Source of the DNA: Lingula anatina
Taxonomy: Eukaryota > Animalia > Brachiopoda
Direction of reading: 5' to 3'
DNA length: 64,000 nt
Assembly: GCA_051362555.1 (NCBI GenBank)
Contig: CM120645.1
Span: 12,338,001 to 12,402,000 of the forward strand
Shown: positions 23,601 to 38,600 of the stretch, one piece after another
How the letters are laid out: every line of letters begins with the position of its first letter
Position numbering within the stretch: the stretch's first letter is position 1
Program-made: the position numbers and the translations under genes
The notes under the pieces: model-generated
Seen by the model: the letters and a program-made list of their open reading frames with translations, nothing else
The model's database searches: none
Told to the model about the DNA's origin: nothing

Positions 23601-26600
23601 CCCAACCCATCCCAAACTCTATTCATTATATCAATATGTACTACAGCCGTATACTGAAAGTCCTCTTGATTTTATTTCAAAATTATATTATCAAATAGAG
23701 AGATGAGACAAATGAAAGCGTGAGAGGGATTTGCATAAAACTACAAATAAAATCAAATGACAACACAGCTTCATATTGCATTTGTCTTTTCTTTTTTACA
23801 ACTGGCACTCCTATTCATATGAATCTCTACAAAAACATTCTGTTTATTCTCATGTCATTGCATTTGTATCTGACGCATCCATACAGTGATTACAACAAGC
23901 AGCTTGTCAGCCCTCCCTCCACTTAATACTTCATAAAGTGAGTCACAATTAAAAATACAGTATCACAAATTTTGTGTTTACCTTCAGATACCCATACAGG
24001 GACAAAGAGAGCCAGTTTGTTAGCAGTTTCTCCACCACTGACTCTGTCCTCCTCAACATCAGTTTAGGATGCTTGCCTGTCACAGACTTGTCCACTAGGT
24101 CTTCAAGTAGACTCTTTAGCACTCTGGAAACAAGGTAATGATCAGAATTTAATGTCAGTGGATGTTTGTCTGCCTATTGCCAATATTTCACCTAATGACT
24201 ATAATTCATTTAGAACTGAAAGTAGGTAACACTCAAACTGTAACCCTGAAATAGCCTGTTCTTTTTCACATTTTGTACACAATAAAAGCAGGTAGTATAA
24301 TCTGGTCTCTTTTGAAGCACACAACAAGCAACTTACTCGGTTGCATAGTCCATTTTATTAAGGAATATGATCATCAGCAGGGAGGCTACATTCACTCTGG
24401 AAAAATAAATTAAACATTTAGTTAAAAACCTTATAAAAGACCTTTAAAAGCTAACACATTTCTCTTTATTCTCAAGATGATTCTGTTTATCAGCAATTTT
24501 CATCTAAAGATGTAAACAACATCTTAAATTAGAAGGAAAGCATTAAGCCTAGTCTCTGTGATGTCAAAACCTTACTTTCAATGATTTCAAATCACTGTCA
24601 GAACAATATTTAACCTCTACACTATGGTCCTTGGCAGGGAATATCAATCATGCAGTAAGCACATTGCTACTTACTTATCTTTGATACCAAACCCCTTCTG
24701 AGCCTCTAAGGTTCTGATGAAGACGAGAAGGAAGGCTTTATTGTTCAGAAGCTGTTCAAATTGTCGCATGCCTTGCTCCACACTGGGCCTAGAGCCAGGG
24801 TCAACCTGGGATGTATATGAGAAAAATTAACATAAAATCTCTCCTTAATTCTATCTGATATTTATGGAACTCTATACCTATATTAAATATCATTTCTTTT
24901 CTAAAAAGACATTAAAATAAAGAATTACAGTTACATATAAAAACTTTTTTCAATCATCTTGTCATGAACTTCTACAAAGGCAGGTGTTCATAACACAATG
25001 GCAACATTTAAGAATTTAGTTTAAAATGGAAAATTTTAACAGATACCCTATGTAAAGAGGTACTTCTAATGGCTGATACCTGTTATTTTTACATAAAAAC
25101 AAAACTTCTAAGATGATCACTCAAAAGAACGTTTCTCTACTTCATAATAATATTACTTAAAAAACTAATCCACTGTAGCTATCTAAATATTCAAAGACAA
25201 CTTTGACCCTTACATCAATTCTATCCAAGACCTGGTGATAGGCCTGTCTTGGGAAGAGCACTTTGAATGCATAACTATGGAAATCCCAATATGGTATCCC
25301 CGTGGCGATGAGGTCACTGGTCAGGTCAGACATGTCCGTTTGCAGCTCCGCGAAGGCTGCAGAAAGGAACGCTGGTGAGAACAGGCAGTAAACAAAAGGG
25401 TAATGGATGGGATCAGGCCGCCGCAAGGAGATAGGTGAGGTTCTGTGAGGCAGGTCTCTGTGACATGTGCATGATCATACTTCATTTCTTTGGTTTCATT
25501 AAAATTTTTCCTCTTATCTTAATTTTTTTCATGTTAATTTCTTCCTTTTTTCTTTGCAAATCTTTTTATTTTTTATTATAATTTCATTCTCTTTTCAAAT
25601 TTCTGCTTTCTTTTTTCATTATTTCACAAAACTCAACCATTATGTTCTGAAATTTTGCTAGAATAGTTTTCTCTTGTGCCAAATTAACATCTTTTTTAAA
25701 AGGCTTCATGAAGCAATTAAGAGCCATAAGCATTTTGTGAAATACAAAAAATGAAGTTTGTTTGACAATATGCTATTGGAACCAATATTTTCCTGATTTC
25801 ATATAGTCATTTCTGTTAAAGCCTGACGTTTTTGATGCTCTTTTGAGTTATAATTGATATTTCAAACTGAAGTATGTATATGGACAGACATGACTCACAG
25901 AACACACAAAATGAAAATACAGATAAAAAGTGCTATGGTCAGTACAAGCTTAGTATGAAGCAGTGAGGCAAAACAAATTCGCAAAAAGCTAAAATTTGGC
26001 TTTAAAAAAGCAGGAAAAAACACAACAAAAATCAAATTAAACTTAATCACTGTGATACAAAAATGCAGAGTAATAAACAAATGGAAAAATCTGCAAGTTG
26101 GACTTGAAGCAGTCAACATAAAGAGAAAATAATCAACAAAATCAAATCAATTTTGTAGTTGGACTACAGAAAATTTCACACAAAAAAATCCATCAGATGG
26201 TGCGCGGCAAGGGGGGGGGGGTATACATCAACAAAACAACAATTTTATGTGATAAAATACAACAGCCAAATGATTCAAGAGATATTGTGATAAAAAAATA
26301 TGCATTCATCGTGCAAAAAACAAAAGCAAAAGTAAAGTTTTGTAGTCAAGCAAGGATTTAAAAGCTTTGGGGACAGAGGCGAACTCGGTGATATTTTTGT
26401 TTCATAAATAATTCATAATAAATACTTTCTTACAAAATAAAAACTTTCATTAAACCTCAGAGCACATACATGTTACCTCAATAATGTGAAAACCCAAGCC
26501 TTGGAGAATTTTAAGGGCATAGACAAAAACTGACACCACCACCACCAATTAATTTAACCCGTTAAAAACATTGTGTCAAACCAAACAGTATCCCTCACTC

Positions 26601-29600
26601 CTTTTACCCAATACAAAAATGTAAATATAACATATAATATTAGATCTACTGTTATGGCAACTACCTATTATTTGCATTTTGATATAAGATACCCACCACC
26701 CAAAGGTTTAGAAATATTTTTTCAAAGGTTCAAACTCATCCACTTTCCAAAATAAGCTGAAGGCTTTGCCCACCCTTTTTGCACATTCTATGCAATGACT
26801 TCACAACAAATATCAATTGTTAAAAGTTGAATTGCAGAAATGGTCTAAATTAGCTACATTGCAGTGTTGCAAAAGAAGTGCTCACTCTCATTTAATAAAA
26901 ATATAAAAATTAAACTTTACATTACTGATAAAGAAAATAATCTGAAAATATTTGTAGAATTAACTTAAGAACTTTTAACTTATCTATTATTTCAAAACAA
27001 CTCGGTTTCAACTTCCAGTGAGTAAAGTGAAGGTTTTACAATATGATGCTCTCACAATTATTAACACATATCTGTTCGTATTCTGGCATAATTTTGATTT
27101 TTTTTTTCCAAAATGAAAGAGTCCAAAAACTGTATTATTCAATTTCAATGGCAAATCGGACCAAACAAGGAAAATACATAAATATATAATTGTCATATCT
27201 TCACATTAAATGCACTGCTTTTCAAAAAAGCCCAAAATATACTATACTAAAACTGTGCCCATCAATTCGTACTAGGTGAGAGTATCATCACTGTGTGTAC
27301 CACCTTTGTCTTACCTTGTTTGCACTCATTCCTCACATTACTCTCCAGTGTATCCAGCTGCATTTGCACCTTCTTGTACTCCTGCCTTGCTTTCATTGCC
27401 CGCCTCCTGTTGTAGATGATAATGACGATGATGATGACGAGGAGAACCACAACGACCCCCACAATGAGGCCTATCACCCAGGGAGGTAGCGCCCCCTCGC
27501 TCTCCTGCTTGTACTTCAAGCTTCCCACTTGGAAGTTCAGGTTGCCCATCTTTACCTGTGGAGATGAATCCCTGTATATTTAGTACAGTAAAACAAGTGA
27601 TGTATTTACCTGGTGGTTTCACCCTTTGTAAGGCCATGAAAATTTAATTCTAGAAGATATGCTAGGGTACGCGTGTAGAGGATCTTTTCTGTCATAATTG
27701 AATGAGCTTTAACTGGCTAATTGGAATTCCAAACTCACATGGGGTTGCGTGTTATTTCTAGACTTGGCTTGGCTTGGCTCGAGTTACTGCTCATGACATC
27801 ATGTGCTATCCCCTTTATAGACCTCCATGATGATACCCCCCCTCTACTAGTACTAAGTACAAACAGCCCATTAAATCTCTTTTTCTCAGACCAGAGGACA
27901 TTGGGGAGTATATTTACCGTGACAACAGGTGGATTCTTGTCCTTCCCCTCTGGCTGGGAGCTGGGTACGGTACACACCAACTGATTGCTAGATATGGAGG
28001 TCACGTTACAGGGCACTCCCCCTATCAAAACTGTCACATCCATCTTGGAAGCAGCCAGGTTCAGGAATTGGCCCTAAAATTGCAATTTTGAACTGTAGAA
28101 GAGAGGCTAAAAAAAGTAGCTATAAAAATCTTTAAAAATTTTTTTTTTTACATTTTTGCTAACAGATGTAAAATTATACCTGCAAAGATATAATAACTGC
28201 ATAAAAAGTATGATTTCTTACATAATGAATTCTGCACAAAGATAAAAATAACAGAATCATAGCATACAAATCAAGCTGAATAAAATATATTATTTTGGTC
28301 ATCTTATTTCTCCCATTTTCTAACTTTATAATTTTCCTCCTAAAACGCAAACTATCATCAACTCACATTAATCACCAAGTTGGTGCCCTCCTGAATATAA
28401 ACGGAGCCATCACTGGTCAGATTGGAAAACACAGGGTCCACCACATACAGCAGAGTGTTGGTGATATTGGTCAAATTTTGAACCGAAACCACCCCATCCA
28501 TTATGAGTCCAATCTTGACCCTGTTGTTCTCGTCTGCTTGCCTCTTGTAGCGTAGACTGGACACTGTAGGGGGTGCCGTTGCTTTGACACTAGAGGGAGC
28601 TCTGGGAGAGGGACAGGTGATAACGGTGTCTCTCATCTCAGGGACGTGCTTACAGTCCTGGAAGATGAGATGTCATGTTTTGGAGACACATGCAAACACA
28701 AAAGGTTCCTTTTTATGAGATGTATTTTCACCATTTTTATTTTATCATTTCATTAGTTTTTGGTATATATATTAAAGCTAAAACAAAAGCTTAATTCTAA
28801 AATCATCTTAAAATTCTTATTTTACATGTAAAAATATGCTTTGAAGTTCAAGGTTTTGATCATTTTTTTATATCTTAGTAAATTTTCTGGTTAAACTTTC
28901 TCAGTAGGAATTTATCATAATTACAATGTACATTCTTAAAGCTAATTTCATAAGTATTTCATAATTATACAAGGTATAAACTTGGCACGTAGCTGAAAAC
29001 TCACTGTTTTCATGATCTTTTCATTGCCATTCCACACAAACATTTGTGGTTGTTGAACGGAATCAAAGTTTTTTCCTGTGATAGTCAGATTTCTGCCTCC
29101 ACTGAAATCAAACAGCAATGCATGTCAAAACTGTGATTTCAAATTAATGAAATAAACAAATGCATGACACTAATTACCACATGCAGAAGTATTTCAAATG
29201 TGTTTGCCTAAATATATTGTCATTTCTAAGGCAAGGATTTTGAAAATATGTAATATAATACCATATATTATATAAATTAAATCCCTAAATATGATGGTGA
29301 ATTAATGTCACACAAAATGATATACTGTTTGATTTATTAACAATATTCACTTCTGGACATGACATCAGTGAATAAATCTTTTCAGCTTTCTTACCCAAGC
29401 TTTCCCTGTCACTGATCAACATAATATACTTATATCGGTTACCTTAGAAAACTGGCCAGTGGCATAATTTTTTCCACCACAGGGTCCTCGGTGTACGTGA
29501 AGGGGTTCTGGTCCAGCATTCGTACACTGCCATCAAAGAACATCCTGACAGAGGTCACGACCTTTGGCCTATCCACGTCTGGAGTGTCACAAATGGTGGA

Positions 29601-32600
29601 ATGGCTGCCAATGGTGCTTCTGGAAATGTAACAAAGTCTTTCTCTTTAAACAACTCTGCTGTCCTCTTGGCAATCAAAACAAACTGAATTTCCATGGTTG
29701 TATGTCTTGCAATTTCTCTTTTATTCATAGATTTTTTTTTTCTTCAAAATCGATTGGTTTTTCATTGTTTGTTATGTTATTAAGACAATTTAGGCACTAA
29801 AACTTTCTTTAAATAACATTAACCACACATCGTTTATGGATATCATGCAAATAATACCTATGTCACCATGTCTAACCAAAAGCAATAATTCTTTTTCAAA
29901 AGATTTACCAAATTAATGAAATGAATATGAAAGCAGAGGTTGCCAATTATGGAAACCAAACAGTAATTCTCATATTCCTTGTCAATTCTCATATGCATAC
30001 AATGTATGTTGAATCCTTACCTGTCTACAATACAGGGCAACATTTCTTCTCCAAGGGTTAGGCTGATATTGTCCAGGTTGCCAGCATTAAGATCTTTCCC
30101 CCTCACAGTCAGCCTGGTGCCACCAGACATGGGGCCTTTCACTGGGAACACTGTCTCCAGCTTGGGGTCCTGAAAAGGGCAACCAAAAACACACTCAAAA
30201 TTAAAGATAACATCATGACACCAGAATCAATTTTAAATTGGCAAAATATCACCAAAATGTACTCATTTAATGCGGCAAACTAAATATTCTGCCACTTTTG
30301 GCATTTCACATTCCCATCAAGACCAATGATGTGGATATAGCTGTATTTTTAAACATCTACTCACCACATATCTGAACTGTTTGGAGTAGTTGTACACCCT
30401 GCCTAAACCCTGGAGCTGGACCTCTATGGAACCATTCCTGGGCAACCTGCCTGGAGCTTCCGTTGCTGTACACACAATTCTGGAATCAGACATGATTTAG
30501 GATTAAGAAAAAAAAAGGAAAGAAATGGCCCTGTAGGTATTTGATCTCACACGGTCCTGTGGCCACATTTGTCCAAAAAACATCAAGAAAAAATTAATTT
30601 CCGATACAAATTAGGAAATGTCGCGTAAAATCTTACAAAAACTGTTACAGTAGCAACTTTTAGCCATATAAGACAAAAATTTCCAAGAAACCAATAATAA
30701 ACTGCCATATAATGGTTACATATTTCTTATATTCTGAAAGTAGAGGAAATTTTGGAGAACAACACAATGAGAATTGTACTAGTTTAGACACATTACTCGT
30801 TAGAGAAAAAATACCTCAAGTTTACTATAGTTTCTTACCTCTTTGAGACCACATAATCTTCTACAACAGGTCTACAGGCCACTCCAGCCAGTCTAACAGT
30901 GGGTATACTGGTATCAGAGGTGCCTAAATTGGTGCCATTGATGGTGACCTTGGTGTGACCTTCAACTGGGGCACTCAAGGGGGAAACCTGGATGAAAGAA
31001 AATGTCTAAGTTTTTAAAAACCTGACAATTTCTATGACAAAATCCTCTGCTAACTTTTTCACTATGCCATAATTATTTCTCATGAACAACAGAGCTTTGT
31101 ATGTAACCTAGAAACTTGTAATCATGTTCATCAAATAAAAAAGTCTAGACAATCATATAGCAGTACTTGTTGTAGCTTACTGCAAACATATTTTATGTTA
31201 CACTCTAAGATTAAGATAATCACCAATTAATGTTTTTTTCTTTTAAGTGAAAACATAAGGCTGAAGGATGAGAATGATATTCTGTTTACTGTATATAACC
31301 ATACTAACCCAGTTAATAATGACATCGGGGCAGGTGCTCTCAGCCGGTACACTACATGTTGGGCGATACTTGCACGTCCCTCCACAGAAAGCACAGCCAA
31401 ACTTTGTATTCACACCACCAATACATGTGCCACATGTGGTGCCCATGATGTCACACTTGTACAAGATTGCTGAAATAACAGAGACATCATTGTGTAACAG
31501 TATACAATAATTACCAAAAAAATGTATCACAAAAACTACCCAGTTATGTTATTCACTTGTGCAGTACACGGTAGCTGCCATAGAAAACAATAACAGTAAT
31601 GTCCACTGCCATTAAAAAAACACAAACCTAATCTTCTGAACTACATGTCAAATTTATTTTTTTTCACAGGGTTAACCTAGATCATGTAATTACGTATTTA
31701 CACATTAAAACCCTTACAAATACTCAGTACAACATTTGAGAAAGGAGAATGGTTTACAATACATACCACTGACTTGAGAGCCAGTGGGTTGATCTATCAT
31801 ATGGTTATTATTCCAGATTACTTGGATTTCATGCCTCTCCTGGCCTGTGATGGCTGTGTACACATACTGGAATGAATGGAAAACCACCATTAAATACAGA
31901 CAAACACCCAATTTAACAGTAACAAATACAATCAACAAACAAAGCTCAAACAGCAGAAAATTTGTCATTTTCGTTTAAAAAAAAAAAAGTATGAACATTT
32001 TCTACCTATTACATTTATTTAAAAAAAAACATCACTTTAAAATGTAAATGGTAGTGGACTTGATGGAATCACTATACCTGTGTTTAAAAAAGAGCAACCT
32101 TTGACCAAATGTTGGACTAATGTGTGTCAATATACGTCTATTGATAAGGTTACACAGTAAAACCCTTAGTGATTCTGGAGACTCTTTGCAAACTAGAGGT
32201 GTAATGACACAGGTGAAGCTAATATCTGATATTTACCCTTCTCCGAACTAATACTATGCTCAGTATCTTATGAGATGTGAAGTACCATGTCTATAGTATA
32301 CTCACAGCGTGGCTCTGGCAGTCTATAGCACTATCATTCTGTCTGGTGGCTGGGACTGTGTTAGTGCCTATCTTACACTGATAACCAATTTGGCCGGCCT
32401 GGAATTGGACAATAACATGAGTCTTTAACATATTTTTTTCAATAATTATTTTTTCTAAAACTACAATTAAGGTTAACATAACTGCCAGTGACTTTTTAGC
32501 AAAGGCCAATCTTCCTTGATGGAAGGGTAAAATAACTATCAAAAATAAACAATTTCAATATAAAAGCAACAACAATTTAATTTGTCAACTATTTGACTTA

Positions 32601-35600
32601 ACATTTTATTAATTAATCTTTAACAAAAATAATCTCACAAATATAAACCTATTCGTAAACACAGTACAAACTGCAATACTCACCTGCGGCACAGGTAGGT
32701 TCTTCCCACTCAGTGAGATCACCTTGGTGACACCAGCAGGTAACAGGATGTCCTCAGCACGTGGTAGGAGCTGGGGACAAAGGGTGGGACCTTTGATACC
32801 CGAATTGACATGGCTCTGAAATAATGTGTATATTATTTGATAAGTATGTAGAACAGAGCCAATATGAAGTCTCGTGATTTTTTAGAACTATAAGGAATGC
32901 AGAAAGACAAAAATAGTCTGAAGTCCAGTTGACATTCTTTCCACAAAATTTATTTAGATGGCTTGTTTCTTTCTTTATACTCCCTCATTAAATACAGGTT
33001 TTTCAACATAAGAAATATTTTAAACCAATCATACATTAGTCTTATATGATGGATGCCAACTAGTATACCTCAAAGAAAACAAAACACATTTTGCTTACAT
33101 CTGAAGTGCCAAATCATACATTGCTGTATACATACAACTTAAAATAAATCTACAATTTCCTTTCATTGTATTCACATTTTGACCTGTCTTTACATCACTC
33201 TACATAAACCATACCATTAAGATATGAACATAACATGAGAAAGTCTCATGTGGTGACTTACATTCTGTCCTGGTATCACCCCTCCACTAGGACTACAAGT
33301 ACTGCTGGCATGGGTGCACCTGTTAGCATATATACACCAGTCACAAGCCCAACTACTGCTGGTACAGGACACACACCTGAGGAAGATACAAAGCCAATTT
33401 ACAGCATGTTTTTATATCCCATATAAAATATCCTTCACAATTTCATCAATTATTCAGAGATAGTAGCAGTAAATGTCAAGAAAAGCAACAAATGACAAGT
33501 TAATCTACTAAACATCAAACATCACTACTTGGTCATTAATTTGATGGCAGTTTTCTGAATAAATCACCAACTGAACTTGATGACCAGTAAAATGCTGTGT
33601 ACACAAACTACTTTATGATGTACTATTAAAGTGTTTAGCAATGTCACAATTTGTGAAATTTATACGTACCCAGAATGTGCCCCGCAGTCAAAGTATGTGA
33701 AGTTGGTTGTCAAGAACTTCACTCCTGTAGTCAATGACTTGATGGACAGGGTTATGGTGATGTGATCTGGAATATGAATATAAAAAATGCTTCAAGAGTG
33801 AGCTGAGATTGTCTGGAACATAAGTATTAACAGAATTTAAATAAGAAACTGATATCAGTATGACTTATAAAATTGCTCAAACAATACCGTTCAAATATGC
33901 CCAAAATGGCAGAAAACTTTAAATAGGACTTTTTAACAAAGTAGTAACTAGAGGATCAGAGAGGCGATACCGCCTCCGGATATTGTACCACCAGCTGGAG
34001 TAAGCGCATTCGTATGGACCCCCCCCTCCAAAAAGGGAAACCATCACCAGTCTTGTGCTTGACAAGCTCTATAAAATGCAATCAACAGGAGTTCTCAAAA
34101 TATACAAAAAAATATAATTAACAAGGCAGCAAAGCTGTCAAATGTACAGACAAAAAACAGAAAATAAAGATGCAAAATAGGTCATTTTGTCAATTTTGAT
34201 GCAATAATAAATAATGCTTATAATAGCACTGTCAGTCAACACTGAATTCTAATCATGCATAACAGGTACCATGGTCAATAACAGGAGCGAACCCAGAGAT
34301 ATTTTCTGATAGTATTCCAAAGTATCTATGTTGATCCATCCCCCATTTTTATGGTCTTCCAACAGAAAAAAAATAGATACCAGTCAATATAAACTTAATA
34401 ACCTGACCGTCTTCCGGAAGACCCAGAAGATGGTCTCAATCCACCCCTTCAATAAGATTACAGTTTCAGGACCATGAGAGTTCAAATTCACATGATGAAA
34501 GTCTCAATTTTTGAAAAATGATGACAGTGCATAAAATAATATTACATAATGTTTAAAGACATAAAAAACAATACAACTGCTTATGTGGAAATACAGACAA
34601 GACAGCACGGTTCTGAAATGTTTTTTTTTTTTTTTTCATTTTTAACAATTTTTTAACATAAAACAAAATTAACAGTTTACTGCCATTTTTATATGATCAA
34701 CTAAGAAAATTTATGAGATGGGAAAAATATCAATAGAACAGTGTTAAATGTCCAATTTCGTCCATTCTGAGATTCTGAACATAGTGAATGATTAAATCTG
34801 ACAAACTGCAATGATATGAGTTTATTTCCTTTTTTGACACTTTATTACACAATACATGATAACAAGTTTACCATAATTTTTATGAAATCAACTAACAATG
34901 TTGTAAAGATGCAGAAAATGTCAAACAAACACTTTTACATTTCTTATTAATTAAATAATGAAACTGTTAACATGCCTAAGAACTGAATCTAAGGAAATGT
35001 GAAAAAACAGCATAACTTCTAAAATAATGTCCTAATTATGCTAATTTTCAAACTCAACCTACATTTTAGTAAGATTGACCACTCCTGTGAGTTTAAATGA
35101 CAATTGGCCTATCTGTTTTTCTTATATTGTGTATACAGTGTTGCATATATGCTAAAAAGTGAAAAAATAGCATAACTACTAAAATAGTTGCCCGATCGTG
35201 CCGATTTTCGAACTTGACCTGCATTTTAGTAAGATTGATTGCTCCTGTGAGTTTCATGACAACAGGCCTATCGGTTTTCCTTGAAATGTGTTAACAGTGT
35301 TGTATATATGCTGAAAAGTGAAAAAACAGCATAACTTCTACAATAATGGCTGGATCATGCTGATTTTCGAACTTGACCTGCGTTTTATGAATATTCATCA
35401 GCTCTGTAAATATAAAGCCAAAAAGTAAAACTGTCTTCCACTTATCGTGTTAACGCTGAAAGTGCACGGCGCCGGCATCGGCGACGACGGCGACGACAGA
35501 CGCAGGTGATGGCAATATGTACAGACACATCTGTGTCTGTACATAAAAATGGTCAGTATATGACTTTCTATTCAACTTCAATAGTAACTATGGACCTATC

Positions 35601-38600
35601 TCTGCCAGTTTTGGAGATAAAAGGGAAGCAAAATTTGCAAAGTTCAGTTCATGGTGAAAAGTAGGTCAAAGGTCAATTTCAAGGTCACATTTAGATTGCC
35701 AGTGTATGACTTCCTATTCAAGTTCAATAGTAACTATGGACCTATCTCTGCCAGTTTTGGAGATAAAAGGAAAGCAAAATTTGGAAAGTTCAGTTCATGG
35801 TAAAAAGTAGGTCAAAGGTCAATTTCAAGGTCACATTAAGATTGCCAGTATATGACTTTCTATTCTAGTTCAATAGTAACTATGGACCTATCTGTGCCAC
35901 TTTGGGAGATAAAAGGGAAGCAAAATTTGCAAAGTTCAGTTCATGGTGAAAAGTAGGTCAAAGGTCAATTTCAAGGTCACATTTAGATTGCCAGTATACG
36001 ACTTCCTATTCAAGTTCAATAGTATCTATGGACCTATCTCTGCCAGTTTTGGAGATAAAAGGGAAGCAAAATTTGCAAAGTTCAGTTCATGGTGAAAAGT
36101 AGGTCAAAGGTCAATTTCAAGGTCACATTTAGATTGCCAGTATGACTTCCTATTCAATACAACAGTAACTATGGACCTATCTATGCCAGTTTTGGAGATA
36201 AAAGGGAAGCAAAATTTGCAAAGTTCAGTTCATGGTGAAAAGTAGGTCAAAGGTCAATTTCAAGGTCACAGTAACATTGCCAGTATATGATTCCTATTAG
36301 ACTTCAATAGTAACTATGGAGCTATCTCTGCCAGTTTTGGAGATAAAAGGGAAGCAAAATTTGCAAAGTTCAGTTCATGATGAAAAGTAGGTCAAAGGTC
36401 AATTTCAAGGTCACAGTAACATTGCCAGTATATGACATCCTATTCAAGTTCAATAGTAATTATGGACCTATCTCTGCCAGTTTTGGAGATAAAAGGGAAG
36501 CAAAATTTGCAAAGTTCAGTTCATGGTGAAAAGTAGGTCAAAGGCCAATTTCAAGGTCACATTTAGATTGTCAGTATATGACTTCATATTCAAGTTCAAT
36601 AGTAACTATGGACCTATCTCTGCCAGTTTTGGAGATAAAAGGGAAGCAAAATTTGCAAAGTTCAGTTCATGGTGAAAAGTAGGTCAAAGGTCAATTTCAA
36701 GGTCACAGTAAGATTGCCAGTATATGACTTTCTATTCAACTTCAATAGTAACTATGGACCTATCTCTGCCAGTTTTGGAGATATAAGGGACTAAATGTTA
36801 TAATTTTGCAGTTACCATAATGTGCCATAAATTTCCTACAGAAAAAATTAATTAAAATAAAGAAAAGGTCATTTTGGTCAAAATTCTTGAAATGGGAGGT
36901 GCTCTGAAGTTCCAGGTGTTCTAATTTGATGAAACAATGTCATTTTTGACAACAAGTTGCCTGCTTTGCCAAGCCTTATGTTTTGTTTTTCTGGAGTTCA
37001 AAATTAATTATCCATTACCGTACTGCACATTTTGCTTTCACCACCAATATGTACTATTTGATACAGCGTAAATTTGGAGATAAAAGGGAAGCAAAATTTG
37101 CAAAGTTCAGTTCATGGTGAAAAGTAGGTCAAAGGTCAATTTTAAGGTCACATTTAGATTGCCAGTATATGACTTCCTATTCAATACAACAGTAACTATG
37201 GACCTATCTCTGCCAGTTTTGGAGATAAAAAGGGAGCAAAATTTGCAAAGTTCAATTCATGGTGAAAAGTAGGTCAAAGGTCAATTTCAAGGTCACAGTA
37301 AGATTGCCAGTATATGACTTCCTATTCAATACAATAGTAACTATGGACCTATCTCTGCCAGTTTTCGAGATAAAAGGGAAGCAAAATTTGCAAAGTTCAA
37401 TTCATGGTGAAAAGTAGGTCAAAGGTCAATTTCAAGGTCACATTTAGATTGCCAGTATATGACTTCCTATTCAACTTCAATAGTAACTATGGACCTATCT
37501 CTGCCAGTTTTGGAGATAAAAGGGAAGCAAAATTTGCAAAGTTCAATTCATGGTGAAAAGTAGGTCAAAGGTCAATTTGAAGGTCACAGTAAGATTGCCA
37601 GTATATGACTTCCTATTCAACTTCAATAGAAACTATGGACCTATCTCTGCCAGTTTTGGAGATAAAAGAGAAGCAAAATTTGCAAAGTTCAGTTCATGAT
37701 GAAAAGTAGGTCGAAGGTCAATTTCAAGATCACATTTAGATTGTCAGTATATGACTTCATATTCAAGTTCAATAGAAACTATGGACCTATCTCTGCCAGT
37801 TTTGGAGATAAAAGGGAAGCAAAATTTGCAAAGTTCAGTTCATGGTGAAAAGTAGGTCAAAGGTCAATTTCAAGGTCACATTTAGATTGTCAGTATATGA
37901 CTTCATATTCAAGTTCAATAGAAACTATGGACCTATCTCTGCCAGTTTTGGAGATATAAGGGAAGCAAAATTTGCAAAGTTCAATTCATGGTGAAAAGTA
38001 GGTCAAAGGTCAATTTCAAGGTCACATTTAGATTGCCAGTATATAACTTCCTATTCAACTTCAATAGTAACTATGGACCTATCTCTGCCAGTTTTGGAGA
38101 TATAAAGGACTAAATGTTATAATTTTGGAATTACCTTAATGTGCCATAAATTTCCTACAGCAAAAATTAATTAAAATAAAGAAAAGGTCATTTTGGTCAA
38201 AATTCTTGAAATGGGAGGTGCTCTGAAGTTCCAGAAGTTCAAATTTGATGAAATAATGTCATTTTTGACCACAAGTCGTCTGCTTTGCCAAGCCTTATGT
38301 TTTATTTTTCCAGAGTTCAAAATTTATTATCCATTACCGTACTGCACATTTTGCTTTCACCACCATTATGTACTTTTTGATACAGCATAACTTGAAAACC
38401 GTACGGAATACAAAAAAACGGAGACCACATCCAGTGTTGGGCTTTACATGCTCTACAAAATGCAAAAAAGAATGGGTCTCTAGCATTAACGGTTCCCGAA
38501 TTAGAGACAGTTTTCAGTTTCGGCATCTTATGGCCGCTACTCCCGTGAAAATGCACCAATTGACCCCAAATTCACGGAGATGAAAGATGACCTGAAGGGT

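Noticed and set aside
35550-38390. CRISPR-like regular repeats
   Set aside because: Contiguous tandem monomers without unique spacers, eukaryotic context, no cas genes.
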